Assembly: GCA_024276605.1 (NCBI GenBank)
Contig: JAJRWX010000020.1
Span: forward strand, 4,512-68,511
DNA length: 64,000 bases
Direction: 5' to 3'
DNA from: Planctomycetota bacterium
GTDB lineage: Bacteria; Planctomycetota; Phycisphaerae; UBA1845
The translations under genes and the position numbers were made by a program. The notes under the pieces were generated by a model. That model worked only from the letters and a program-made list of their open reading frames with translations. It was not told the DNA's origin and did no database searches. Below, piece by piece: positions 48,101-57,428 of the stretch (position 1 is its first letter; the number at the start of each line of letters is the position of its first letter).

Positions 48101-50445
48101 TGGATCATCCCCTCTTGCACAGAATGTGTCGCACTGCGACTACGAAGAACTATTGAGCCAGCGGTGACAACCAGTAATGCCATCATAAAGAGTCCCCACT
48201 CTGATACGGCAGGTATGGGTATTTCGCATTCACCCTGCGCGCTAGTGCATATCGAACAGCCACCCTGATGCGTGCCAATCAGCGCCGCGCATTGTGTTGG
48301 TGTCAAGCCGTCCTGGCACGTACTATCCAGCAAGCAGCAAGCACCCATGACATCATTCGCGCAAGTCGTGCAGGTGCCTTGAAAGCTGCCACCTTGCTCC
48401 GTACAAGCGGTTAGAGTAATGGCATCCTGACAAGTATCACTTGGCAGACAACATGCGCCGGTAGCTTCTGCACAAATCGACGCATCACCTTGATGCGTAC
48501 CGCCCAGCACCGCACACTCCGCCTCCGTGATCGACTCCTGACAGGTGCCGTCTGATAGGCAGCAGGCCCCGGTGACGCCAAACGCAGGCGGACCGCTTGG
48601 CGGGGCCGGAAAGTCATCGATGAAGGTGAAAGTGCCACCTGTCGCATCAGCCAGCGCCTGGAAAAAAGTCGCATCCGGCACACCAGTGCCTAGCAAGGTA
48701 CCCGTCTCCGCATCCACTTTCCCGGTCACACGACCTTGGCTCAGATCGCCCCAGAGCCTCGCCAACACAACAGCATTGCCGATCGTGTGATCGCACACCT
48801 TTTGTTGCCAGGAGTCGGGATGAAACTCACCGCATGCTTCGCCGAACGGGCTTCCACCAAACTGCGGAAGCAGAACGCGATCTCCGGCGCACGACCCGTC
48901 GCTATTGTTCTCCTCGCCGTCCGTGCTCACGCTGATTTCCAAGCTCTTGTCTGCAGCCACAGGAAAAGCCGCTAGCAGTGCGTCCACAGCACCGCACAAG
49001 GACTCAGCCAACGGCGTCGAGCCGGAGCAGTTCACTCCTTCCAGTGATTCCAATGCCACCTTGGCTGTTGCTTCGTCCACGAATCCGACCGTCAAGGGAG
49101 TTGGTTCCGTACCCGTGAATATCCAGACGGCCACGGACGATCCCACGGGATTCTGAACAAAGAACGACATCACATCGGAGATTGCCGTTTGGCGCGCCCT
49201 CTCGCATCGCGTCGTGCTGTCGTCGAACGGCGTTTGCATCGAACCCGTGCGGTCTAGCAGGATGATCCGGTGCATCGCGTGGCAGGGTGGATCGAGATCG
49301 GCGCAAAGCACGCCACCTGTCCAGACTTCAGTGGCGCCCTGGCATTGACTTTGCAATACATCCCGGCACGGGGCGAGGTTGGGATCGCAACACGCACCGA
49401 TGGGCAGTCCCGGCCCGCAACCGCCCGCTTCGATTTCATAGGCCGTAATGAGGTCGTTCGACACCGAGCCTCGGGGATCCGTCCGCACCCACACAACATC
49501 GGTTGGAGCGAAGGTGTTGGAATCGCAAGCCATATCTCCCAACCAACCATTTCCGTTGGCGAAAATAGTGCCGGGGAGCAACTCCCCAGAGACTGTATCC
49601 GGTGTCTTTCCGGTACGAATAATATGACTACCTCCGTCATCGGTCAGATACAGTTTGTCGCCACCAAAGATCAAGCCCGTATTGTTTGCAAGGTCGAAAT
49701 TGTTTGGGAGGCCAGCACCAACCGCTGTCGCATCGAACCCTTCAACGAATGTGCCATCCGTGCGAAATACACCTATGTTTTCGTTGACAGTATCGCTGCA
49801 CCAGATTTCGTCAGTAATTGGGTCATACAGCAAACCGTCGAGGCGGCAGAAAGTAAAGAACCTCTGTCCATTTGCAGGGTTGGTAATGTCGAAGGGGACA
49901 GTAAACATGAGTGTCACTGTGTCGTCGTCAAAATCCCAAAAGTAGATAGGCATGTCCGCGTTGACTACAGCGGGGTCGCCGCATACACCAAAGCCGGAAC
50001 CTCCGATGCTTCTTTGCGTACCGATCCATAAGCCGTTCCGGTTGGTGTCATACGACATCGCCGCTGGCCACTCGGCTATTCCCGTGTCGAAAGTGCTGAT
50101 GAGTGCCCCATCTACAGGTGAGATTGTGTATATGTTAGAGTCACTACACCGGTTGAAATACAGCTGCGTACCACCAAAGGCCAAACCAATGCTGCAAAAC
50201 TGGCTGCCAATAGTAGGCTGTGGTGATATGGTCGCAACAGGATCACCAACGGCTCCCCGTGCATGAGTCGCGCCCAACCCGAACACCGAAGCCATCAGGG
50301 TCAGCGCAAAGCCAACATGGCGCATACCATAGCCTCTCTGGAGCGTACAAGTTTCGCAACAATAAATGTGCATGTTGTTCCCTCTTTCAACAGACCTTCT
50401 AACCCTACCCATCAATCTTTCTAATGCTCCACTCGTCAAGGGCAT
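48097..50445 (-). CDS. Secreted vWA-domain protein with four GACC Cys-rich modules and an IPTL-CTERM-type anchor
   Basis: MIDAS-like ILLDRTGSM. The module GACCx(2-3)[DS]xC...GGxxQG...C occurs three times at the C-terminus and once mid-protein. The tail is IPIPAVSEWGLFMMALLVVTAGSIVLRSR. The likely start is ATG 50325 (MRHVGFALTLMASVFGLGATHA). Confidence 0.8.
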   Translation of the reverse strand: MPLTSGALERLMGRVRRSVERGNNMHIYCCETCTLQRGYGMRHVGFALTLMASVFGLGATHARGAVGDPVATISPQPTIGSQFCSIGLAFGGTQLYFNRCSDSNIYTISPVDGALISTFDTGIAEWPAAMSYDTNRNGLWIGTQRSIGGSGFGVCGDPAVVNADMPIYFWDFDDDTVTLMFTVPFDITNPANGQRFFTFCRLDGLLYDPITDEIWCSDTVNENIGVFRTDGTFVEGFDATAVGAGLPNNFDLANNTGLIFGGDKLYLTDDGGSHIIRTGKTPDTVSGELLPGTIFANGNGWLGDMACDSNTFAPTDVVWVRTDPRGSVSNDLITAYEIEAGGCGPGLPIGACCDPNLAPCRDVLQSQCQGATEVWTGGVLCADLDPPCHAMHRIILLDRTGSMQTPFDDSTTRCERARQTAISDVMSFFVQNPVGSSVAVWIFTGTEPTPLTVGFVDEATAKVALESLEGVNCSGSTPLAESLCGAVDALLAAFPVAADKSLEISVSTDGEENNSDGSCAGDRVLLPQFGGSPFGEACGEFHPDSWQQKVCDHTIGNAVVLARLWGDLSQGRVTGKVDAETGTLLGTGVPDATFFQALADATGGTFTFIDDFPAPPSGPPAFGVTGACCLSDGTCQESITEAECAVLGGTHQGDASICAEATGACCLPSDTCQDAITLTACTEQGGSFQGTCTTCANDVMGACCLLDSTCQDGLTPTQCAALIGTHQGGCSICTSAQGECEIPIPAVSEWGLFMMALLVVTAGSIVLRSRSATHSVQEGMIQ

Positions 50446-51659
50446 GTCAGCGGCCCTGATGCTGCAAGAAGTTCTCCTGAGAAATCAGTGATGGCGTTGC
50501 TGACATTTATCGTGTATGTGTCACATTGAGCGAGCGGCTCCAAGAAATTGTAAACTGCGGTTCTCCCAAATGGTCCGCCTACAGCAGTTGTTGGAACCAC
50601 GACATTTCCAAACCCATCCACGAGAAAACAGGTATGCACAGTGATCCGTGGGTCGGAAACTATCTCATTAAAATCAACAATGATCCTGTCAAAATCCTGT
50701 TGTTCGACCGTTGGTTCGCGTATTCCCGTAAGTACGGGTGGCACATTGTCCGTTGCGGGGAGCTGGTTGCCGAATGCGGCTGCTATTATGTTGGCATCCG
50801 CCGCATCCACGCATCCATCACCATTCAGATCAGCCATCGCATTGAAACCTGTATCGCCATCACACAAGCCAAGCGAATCATTGACAATGGCTTCATCTGC
50901 TGCGTTTACAACACCGTCGCGGTTGGCGTCGCCTTGCAGAACGCGAATCCGAAATACACCCTGCCCACCGTTGATGCCATTACCCGAAGGAAGCACCGCG
51001 TTTTTGGGGTCGAGTATCTCGCCATCGAGCGGATGGCCAGCTACATCCTCTATCGTGTAGTCCACCACCACCGTCACCTGATCGTCGCGCAGCGGCTGGG
51101 CGAAAGCCACAGTCAACACAAACGTATCCGGGTCGTAGCTCGTCGTGAAACCGTTGACCGTACCGCCACTGAGTAACCAAACATCCACGGCATCAGTTGG
51201 CACGATCACCGGTTCCGAAAAACCAATCTTCACTTCCGTCAGGCCAATATCATCCACGACCCATTCCCCCGGCGTGGGCGCAAAGATAACAATCTGCGGT
51301 GGCCCCTGACCAAAACCAAATCGAGCCTGAAACCCTGCGAAGTCACGCAGGTCGATGTCCGTGTCAGGGTCAAAGTTTCCAGGATCACAATTGGAACTGA
51401 CGCTGCCACCAGTGGGACCGCTGAGGCAATCAACAAATGTTACGAGGTCAACTAGGTTGACCTCGCCGTCAAAGTCAAAGTCACCGGGAAGTTGTGCATA
51501 TGCCACTGAGCTAAAGAATACGCTCGCAACTATTACTGCAATACTGTTGATTAGTTTCCGCCTCAATCCACTTCCTCCTCTACGCGCACACCACAACTGC
51601 AAAGCGCGGCTCTCCCTAATGGAGATAAACACCATCTGTGCGTAGCGCGCTCGCACCAT
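50436..51659 (-). CDS. Secreted protein with two dockerin-type EF-hand pairs; paralogue of residues ~85-370 of the giant protein
   Basis: GDFDFDGEVNLVD...DPDTDIDLRD, and GDANRDGVVNAAD...ADLNGDGCVDAAD. Alignment by eye to the giant protein is colinear over about 290 aa. Confidence 0.8.
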   Translation of the reverse strand: MVRARYAQMVFISIRESRALQLWCARRGGSGLRRKLINSIAVIVASVFFSSVAYAQLPGDFDFDGEVNLVDLVTFVDCLSGPTGGSVSSNCDPGNFDPDTDIDLRDFAGFQARFGFGQGPPQIVIFAPTPGEWVVDDIGLTEVKIGFSEPVIVPTDAVDVWLLSGGTVNGFTTSYDPDTFVLTVAFAQPLRDDQVTVVVDYTIEDVAGHPLDGEILDPKNAVLPSGNGINGGQGVFRIRVLQGDANRDGVVNAADEAIVNDSLGLCDGDTGFNAMADLNGDGCVDAADANIIAAAFGNQLPATDNVPPVLTGIREPTVEQQDFDRIIVDFNEIVSDPRITVHTCFLVDGFGNVVVPTTAVGGPFGRTAVYNFLEPLAQCDTYTINVSNAITDFSGELLAASGPLTCP

Positions 51660-51719
51660 TGATTATTTTTTTGGCAATCTTCACGAGTCACACCCTCAGA
51701 CCATCCAAAACCTTCTTAT

Positions 51720-52685
51720 TCATCTTCGTGACGTCAAAAGACCATCATTTTTACCAAACACGACGGTCCCCACAGCCATGATTAAAGAACACATCACGAT
51801 CACGCCCCACTCGGAGACCGTCGGAATCGTAGCCGGGTCAATAACCCGAATCGTGCCGGGCGTAGTCGTAAACGAAACCGATGCTCCATTACCATCAATC
51901 AGCGCGGACGACGAGGTAAGCTGAATGGTGAAGTCGCCAACAGCATCCAATGGTACATCAAAAAACACCTGCGCGAGTACATCGTTCACATCATCGACGG
52001 CCTGCACGGTGGAAAAGTCGTCCGTGTTGGTCGTAACTGAAACGCCTCCCGTACCGTTGTCGGCAATCACACTGAAAAATGGATCGCGGGTCGCGCCGCT
52101 TGCGGTGATGAAATTCTGCTGGTCGAAGAAATTGGTGAAACCCGCATTGGCTGTCACCGTGCCAACCGCGCCGGATTCAGGCGTGATGTCCACATCGACC
52201 GTATAGCTTGATAGTGGCGTTGTGTTGTCGCGGAGCAGAAATAATACGGATACCGTTTGGCCGGAAAACGCTGTAGTGGCAGGCATTTCGACGATGATGC
52301 GCTCAGTCCCAGCCACGGTCTGTATCGCCGTGGTCGTTCGAGAAGGTGAGCGACCTTCGCGCTTAGCCTGTCGAAACAGGGCTACATCTAATGCGTTGAC
52401 TGTGCCGTCGCCATTTAGGTCGGCCTGCGGATTGAAATCAGGCTGGCCAATGCTACGCCCAATTGATGCACGAAGTGTTATTGCAGAAAATAGTATCGAA
52501 TCATCATGGGAGGTGGGAATATGAAGCTGTGCAGCTGCCACCGTAGTGGCCGTCAAAAATATCGACCACATACATACGACGATATACCGCCCTTTACCTC
52601 GCACGAAGTCTCCTTCCCGGCTCGGCACAGCATTTACTAATGTACGGCCCAAACTATGGATTAATCCATAGTCAAGGTAACACAT
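51720..52685 (-). CDS. Surface protein: dockerin-like repeat, cohesin-like beta domain (tentative) and an IPTL-CTERM-type anchor
   Basis: ADLNGDGTVNALDVALF, a ~150-aa beta-rich domain, and the C-terminal IPTVSEWGVIVMCSLIMAVGTVVFGK followed by basic residues. Confidence 0.7.
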   Translation of the reverse strand: MCYLDYGLIHSLGRTLVNAVPSREGDFVRGKGRYIVVCMWSIFLTATTVAAAQLHIPTSHDDSILFSAITLRASIGRSIGQPDFNPQADLNGDGTVNALDVALFRQAKREGRSPSRTTTAIQTVAGTERIIVEMPATTAFSGQTVSVLFLLRDNTTPLSSYTVDVDITPESGAVGTVTANAGFTNFFDQQNFITASGATRDPFFSVIADNGTGGVSVTTNTDDFSTVQAVDDVNDVLAQVFFDVPLDAVGDFTIQLTSSSALIDGNGASVSFTTTPGTIRVIDPATIPTVSEWGVIVMCSLIMAVGTVVFGKNDGLLTSRR

Positions 52686-53129
52686 TCAAGAATTGGAATC
52701 AAGAAAAAAATAAGAGATGGGAATATTACTCGTATATATCCCAGGGTACGGAACCAGTCATTGTAGGTTCTCAATAAAGATCCCCGCCTCTAGCGGTGTG
52801 GATCCTTATTCTTGCGGGAAGCTGTTGTACGGTCTTACGAGCATGCTCGTGTTTGATTTAGGTTTCTTAAGAACTACGACAGCTCGTCTAGTATATACCA
52901 ATAGCACCGACCAAGTGGCCTGAAACATCTTTAGAATCTAGTGATCTGGTGGGTCGGATGATCAACCAACCTCGGGAAATACCTACCGGAAAGAGATTTA
53001 TGACAAGTTATGCTTAAGTACGATCTGCGCAATCAAGTCCTACCTAATCCTTTCCCAATAAATACACTTACGAAGGGTACAGTGGCAGATTGATTTACCG
53101 AGACACTCGCTCCGCTCAGCCCTGTAACA

Positions 53130-53161
53130 AACAACCCCTCACCTTTCGGTAAGAGGTTGTT
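53130..53161 (-). terminator. Hairpin terminator candidate downstream of 53223..53897
   Basis: 14-bp stem with a GAAA loop on the minus-strand RNA. The two C/A mismatches on the plus strand become G-U pairs on the minus strand, so the fold is strand-specific. The trailing sequence is UUGUUAC. Confidence 0.4.
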
Positions 53162-53222
53162 CAGATAGTTGCTTATCAGCTTGTCTTGCTTGTAAGCAGC
53201 TAATTGTCATTAAGTAGAATAA

Positions 53223-53897
53223 CTACTCAGCCATACCTCCACGCCAAACGCAAGGATTATTATTACCACAGCCGCCCTGCCGTGTGCAACTGTAATTAGT
53301 ACCATGACCACCTTCACAACTTGCGGCATTGCCATATTGGCAAACACAATTGCCGGTGGCCAACTGCCTGTAGTTCTTTTCGATAACAGATGCAGCTACT
53401 GTAGAATTCTTCGACGGCTCGAATACTGCGATGACAAGCCGATCATAGAATGACTCATCCATGTTGAAATCGAGCTCAGTTACCTCATCGGAAACAACAT
53501 CCCACCTTGTCGCATACTCAGCAGTGAAATCAAAGACGAATACGTCCTCGACCGTGCCGGCTGCGTTTTCTCGCGTCACTTCAATGATTCGATTGTTGTC
53601 GTTGTAATTATACACGTCCATGTAACCGTTGTCGTAAACTACCTTTTGAAGATTGCCTAGTTCATTATAGATGAATCGACCGCTATCCGACGCCAACCCG
53701 ATCGATGTAATGCGCCCGTGGTCCTCAACGAATACTTGTAAACTAATAGGCTCGGTCACCCGTGCATCATCGACAGACACAATGGTTTTGGCTGTCTCGC
53801 TAATTCCAGAAGTCTGACCGCATGCCTGAACAAATATGGATACCATTACCGCAAGCCCTAATACCAAAGTAAGACGCTGCCATGACTTAACCATCAT
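53223..53897 (-). CDS. Lipoprotein with a Cys/Gly-rich C-terminus, function unknown
   Basis: 224-aa ORF with a signal peptide and lipobox (LAVMVSIFVQAC). A strong RBS (GGGAGGA) lies about 8 nt upstream of the ATG. Confidence 0.7.
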   Translation of the reverse strand: MMVKSWQRLTLVLGLAVMVSIFVQACGQTSGISETAKTIVSVDDARVTEPISLQVFVEDHGRITSIGLASDSGRFIYNELGNLQKVVYDNGYMDVYNYNDNNRIIEVTRENAAGTVEDVFVFDFTAEYATRWDVVSDEVTELDFNMDESFYDRLVIAVFEPSKNSTVAASVIEKNYRQLATGNCVCQYGNAASCEGGHGTNYSCTRQGGCGNNNPCVWRGGMAE

Positions 53898-53916
53898 CGT
53901 GAAATCCTCCCTTTAG

Positions 53917-53948
53917 AAAAAAACACAAATCGGGCCACATGGCCCGAT
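53917..53948 (-). terminator. Rho-independent-terminator-like hairpin (minus strand) immediately upstream of the lipoprotein RBS
   Basis: ATCGGGCC-ACAT-GGCCCGAT, a perfect 8-bp stem at 53929-53948. On the minus strand it is followed by UUGUGUUUUUUU. Confidence 0.4.
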
Positions 53949-54156
53949 AACATGCACAGTTCCACAATCGTATCCAAACGAACCACGCGATACAAGCGAA
54001 ATGTTTTCTGGCTGTGATCAGCCTCAGATGTGCATACAGTTTCCCTCATTTCTGTACAGCATCCCTTGATAGAGTAGAATCATGACTTTCCAGGACGTGC
54101 GCGAGCGATAATAACAGCTTCGGAAACCTCCAACCGCCGCAGAGCCGGGGTAATTC

Positions 54157-57100
54157 ATGACTGATCAGTTTTTCGACCAACCGATCCTCAACTCACCATA
54201 CGAGTACCCGCAACGACACTGGGAACTTGACGCGAGCGGCCAGCCGACCACCAACATCATCGATAAACGCCGCACTGCCGAGTTCATCACCCCTATTCCC
54301 AAGCCCAAGAAACGGAAGGGATCAAAGGCCCAGCAGGAGATGGTCTTCGACGAGGGCAAGGGACTCTCAACTGCCGAACAGCAATACGACACCATGTCGA
54401 TGGTCAACGACGTGCGTCGTCGTGTGAATATATGGCGTCAATCCACAAATCCAAACGAATGGCAGGTCACACCGGAGACTGCACGGCTTCTCCAACACTG
54501 GCGTCACCATAGCTTTAGCAGCTTGCGACCATTCTTCTGTCAAATCGAAGCCGTCGAGACAGTCATTTGGCTTACCGAAGTCGCGCCGAAACAAGGCAAG
54601 GAAATCCGAGCAGTACTTGACAATTTGTCAACGGCCAGCGAAGAGGCCAATCCCGGACTCGCTCGTCTCGCTCTAAAGCTCGCTACCGGAGCAGGCAAAA
54701 CAACGGTCATGGCCATGATCATCGCTTGGCAGACGATCAACGCTGTGCGACGACCTAACAGCAAGAAATTCACCCGGGGATTCCTCGTGGTCAGTCCCGG
54801 CATCACGATCAAGGATCGCCTGCGCGTCCTACAACCCAACGATCCGGACAGCTACTACCAGTCAAGAGAACTCGTTCCCGGTGACATGCTCGCAGACCTC
54901 GACCGAGCCAAGATCGTCATCACCAACTACCACGCTTTCAAGCTGCGCGAAACAATGGATCTGTCGAAGGGTGGCCGCTCACTGCTGCAGGGTCGCGGCG
55001 AAGAACTCAAGACTCAAGAGACTGAAGGGCAAATGCTGCAACGCGTCATGCCCGACCTCATGGGCATGAAGAACGTTCTAATCCTCAACGACGAGGCCCA
55101 TCACTGCTATCGTGAAAAGCCAGTAGGAGACGACGACGAAGGCGAATTGAAGGGCGATGAAAAGAAAGAAGCTGAAAAGAATCGTGAGGCTGCACGAGTT
55201 TGGATCTCTGGTCTGGAAACGGTTAGCCGCAAGTTAGGCGTCAACCGCATCTTCGACCTTTCCGCAACACCGTTCTTTCTGCGTGGTTCCGGTTACGCCG
55301 AAGGAACCCTGTTTCCCTGGACTACGACTGATTTTTCGCTAATGGATGCGATTGAGTGCGGCATCGTCAAACTCCCCCGCGTTCCCGTCGCCGACAATAT
55401 CCCCGGTGGCGATATGCCGAAGTTCCGCGAGCTATGGAAACACATCGCCAAGAAAATGCCCAAGAAAGGACGTGGCAAGGGTGCCAAACTGGACCCGTTA
55501 AGCATACCGGTCGAGTTACAGACGGCACTCGAAGCGCTCTACGGCCACTACGAAAAGACCTTCCACCTGTGGCAGGAAGAAGGCATCAGCGTACCCCCCT
55601 GCTTCATCCTCGTATGCAACAACACATCGACGTCGAAACTCGTCTACGACTATATCTCCGGCTTCCATCGCGAGAACGACGATGGTTCATCTACGCTTGA
55701 GAATGGTCGGCTCGCGTTGTTCCGTAATTTTAATGAACACGGCGATCCATTCCCCATGCCGCGTACGCTTTTAATTGATAGCGAACAATTGGAATCCGGC
55801 GACGCCCTCGACAAGAACTTTCGTCACGTCGCTTCGGACGAAATCGAACGCTTCCGCCGTGAAATCATTGAACGTACTGGTGATCGCCAACAAGCCGAGA
55901 AAATAACCGACCAAGAACTACTCCGCGAAGTCATGAACACAGTTGGCAAGAAGGACAGACTTGGCGGGGCTATCCGCTGCGTCGTATCAGTGTCCATGTT
56001 GACCGAAGGATGGGACGCCAACAACGTCACCCACATCCTTGGTGTTCGTGCTTTCGGCACTCAGCTTCTCTGCGAGCAGGTCATCGGCCGAGCACTGCGA
56101 CGCCAATCGTATGACCTTAATGAGGATGGCCTGTTCAACGTCGAATACGCTGATGTCCTGGGTATACCATTCGATTTCACAGCCAAGCCCGTTGTCGCAC
56201 CTCCACAGAAGCCGCGTGAAACCGTGCATGTTAAAGCCATGCGCCCCGAACGTGATCACCTTGAGATACAATTCCCGCGCGTGGAGGGCTATCGCGTCGA
56301 ACTTCCGGAAGAACGACTCACCGCCGAGTTCAACGACGACTCGACATTAGAATTAACACCCGATCTCGTCGGCCCGTCGATCACACACAATGCAGGCATC
56401 ATCGGCGAGGCTGTCGATCTGAATCTCATCCACACCGGCGACTTACGCCGGTCAACACTGCTGTTCCACCTTACGCAACGATTACTCTATACCAAGTGGC
56501 GTGATCCCAGCGAGGAACCCAAGCTCCACCTCTTCGGCCAACTCAAACGCATCACGCGGCAGTGGCTCGACAACCACCTCGTCTGCAAAGGTGGCATGTA
56601 CCCGGCACAACTGATGTACCAGGAACTCGCCGACATAGCCTGTGAGCGAATCACCGCCGGTATCACGCGCAAGCTCATTGGCGACAACCCCATCAAGGCC
56701 GTGCTCGACCCGTACAACCCCACCGGCTCGACAATTCACGTAAACTTCAACACGTCGAAAAAGGACCGGTGGGAAACGGATGCCCGACGTTGCCATGTCA
56801 ACTGGGTTATTCTCGACAGCGACTGGGAAGCAGAGTTCTGCCGTGTCGCCGAAGCACATCCGCGCGTTAAAGCATACGTCAAGAATCATAATCTTGGATT
56901 TGAAGTACCTTACAAGTATGGTTCCGAATCCCGCAGGTATCGGCCTGACTTCATTGTACTGGTAGACGACGGCCACGGTGACGGCGACCTAATCAACCTA
57001 GTCGTTGAGATAAAAGGCTATCGACGCGAGGATGCCAAAGAAAAGAAATCCACCATGGAAACATACTGGGTTCCCGGCGTAAACAATCTCAAGACCTATG

Positions 57101-57234
57101 GCCGCTGGGCGTTCGCTGAGTTCTGCGACGTTTACGCAATGGAGGCTGAATTTGAGGCGAAGGTCGAAGCCGAGTTTAATAAGATGATTGACGCTGTAGC
57201 CTCCGATGGCTCAACGGTGGAGGACAGCGTATGA
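54157..57234 (+). CDS. res: Type III-like restriction enzyme, Res subunit (SF2 helicase plus C-terminal PD-(D/E)xK-like nuclease)
   Basis: 1025-aa ORF. Walker A KLATGAGKTTVMA, DEAH box ILNDEAHHCY, motif VI-like QVIGRALRR, and a C-terminal YRPDFIVLV...LVVEIKGYRRED. Confidence 0.88.
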   Translation: MTDQFFDQPILNSPYEYPQRHWELDASGQPTTNIIDKRRTAEFITPIPKPKKRKGSKAQQEMVFDEGKGLSTAEQQYDTMSMVNDVRRRVNIWRQSTNPNEWQVTPETARLLQHWRHHSFSSLRPFFCQIEAVETVIWLTEVAPKQGKEIRAVLDNLSTASEEANPGLARLALKLATGAGKTTVMAMIIAWQTINAVRRPNSKKFTRGFLVVSPGITIKDRLRVLQPNDPDSYYQSRELVPGDMLADLDRAKIVITNYHAFKLRETMDLSKGGRSLLQGRGEELKTQETEGQMLQRVMPDLMGMKNVLILNDEAHHCYREKPVGDDDEGELKGDEKKEAEKNREAARVWISGLETVSRKLGVNRIFDLSATPFFLRGSGYAEGTLFPWTTTDFSLMDAIECGIVKLPRVPVADNIPGGDMPKFRELWKHIAKKMPKKGRGKGAKLDPLSIPVELQTALEALYGHYEKTFHLWQEEGISVPPCFILVCNNTSTSKLVYDYISGFHRENDDGSSTLENGRLALFRNFNEHGDPFPMPRTLLIDSEQLESGDALDKNFRHVASDEIERFRREIIERTGDRQQAEKITDQELLREVMNTVGKKDRLGGAIRCVVSVSMLTEGWDANNVTHILGVRAFGTQLLCEQVIGRALRRQSYDLNEDGLFNVEYADVLGIPFDFTAKPVVAPPQKPRETVHVKAMRPERDHLEIQFPRVEGYRVELPEERLTAEFNDDSTLELTPDLVGPSITHNAGIIGEAVDLNLIHTGDLRRSTLLFHLTQRLLYTKWRDPSEEPKLHLFGQLKRITRQWLDNHLVCKGGMYPAQLMYQELADIACERITAGITRKLIGDNPIKAVLDPYNPTGSTIHVNFNTSKKDRWETDARRCHVNWVILDSDWEAEFCRVAEAHPRVKAYVKNHNLGFEVPYKYGSESRRYRPDFIVLVDDGHGDGDLINLVVEIKGYRREDAKEKKSTMETYWVPGVNNLKTYGRWAFAEFCDVYAMEAEFEAKVEAEFNKMIDAVASDGSTVEDSV

Positions 57235-57428
57235 GCGACGAAAAACTCCCTACCCAGCAGCCACCAAAAAAGAAAATTGAGCACGGACCAACCATTCGGA
57301 ATTTCCGAATAGTTGGTTCGAGGCAATCACGGCAGTTTGTCGCGGTTTCCGACCATTTTGTTGATGTCAACACAATGATCGATCTTGGTGAGGGAAGTCA
57401 ATTCGAGGTGGTCGATGCCAAGCTTTGA
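57231..57428 (+). CDS. 65-codon micro-ORF coupled to res (ATGA overlap); coding status uncertain
   Basis: Its ATG overlaps the res TGA. The ATG (57415) of the next gene lies inside its 3' end. The segment TIRNFRIVGSRQSRQ...MIDLG faintly recalls the core of RhuM-family proteins, from memory only. Confidence 0.3.
   Translation: MSDEKLPTQQPPKKKIEHGPTIRNFRIVGSRQSRQFVAVSDHFVDVNTMIDLGEGSQFEVVDAKL

Noticed and set aside
53895-54053. 52-codon minus-strand leader ORF (MRETVCTSEADHSQ...) ending in an ATGA overlap with the lipoprotein start
   Set aside because: It reads straight through the terminator-like hairpin, has no RBS, and has no recognisable leader-peptide logic. I cannot support it as coding.
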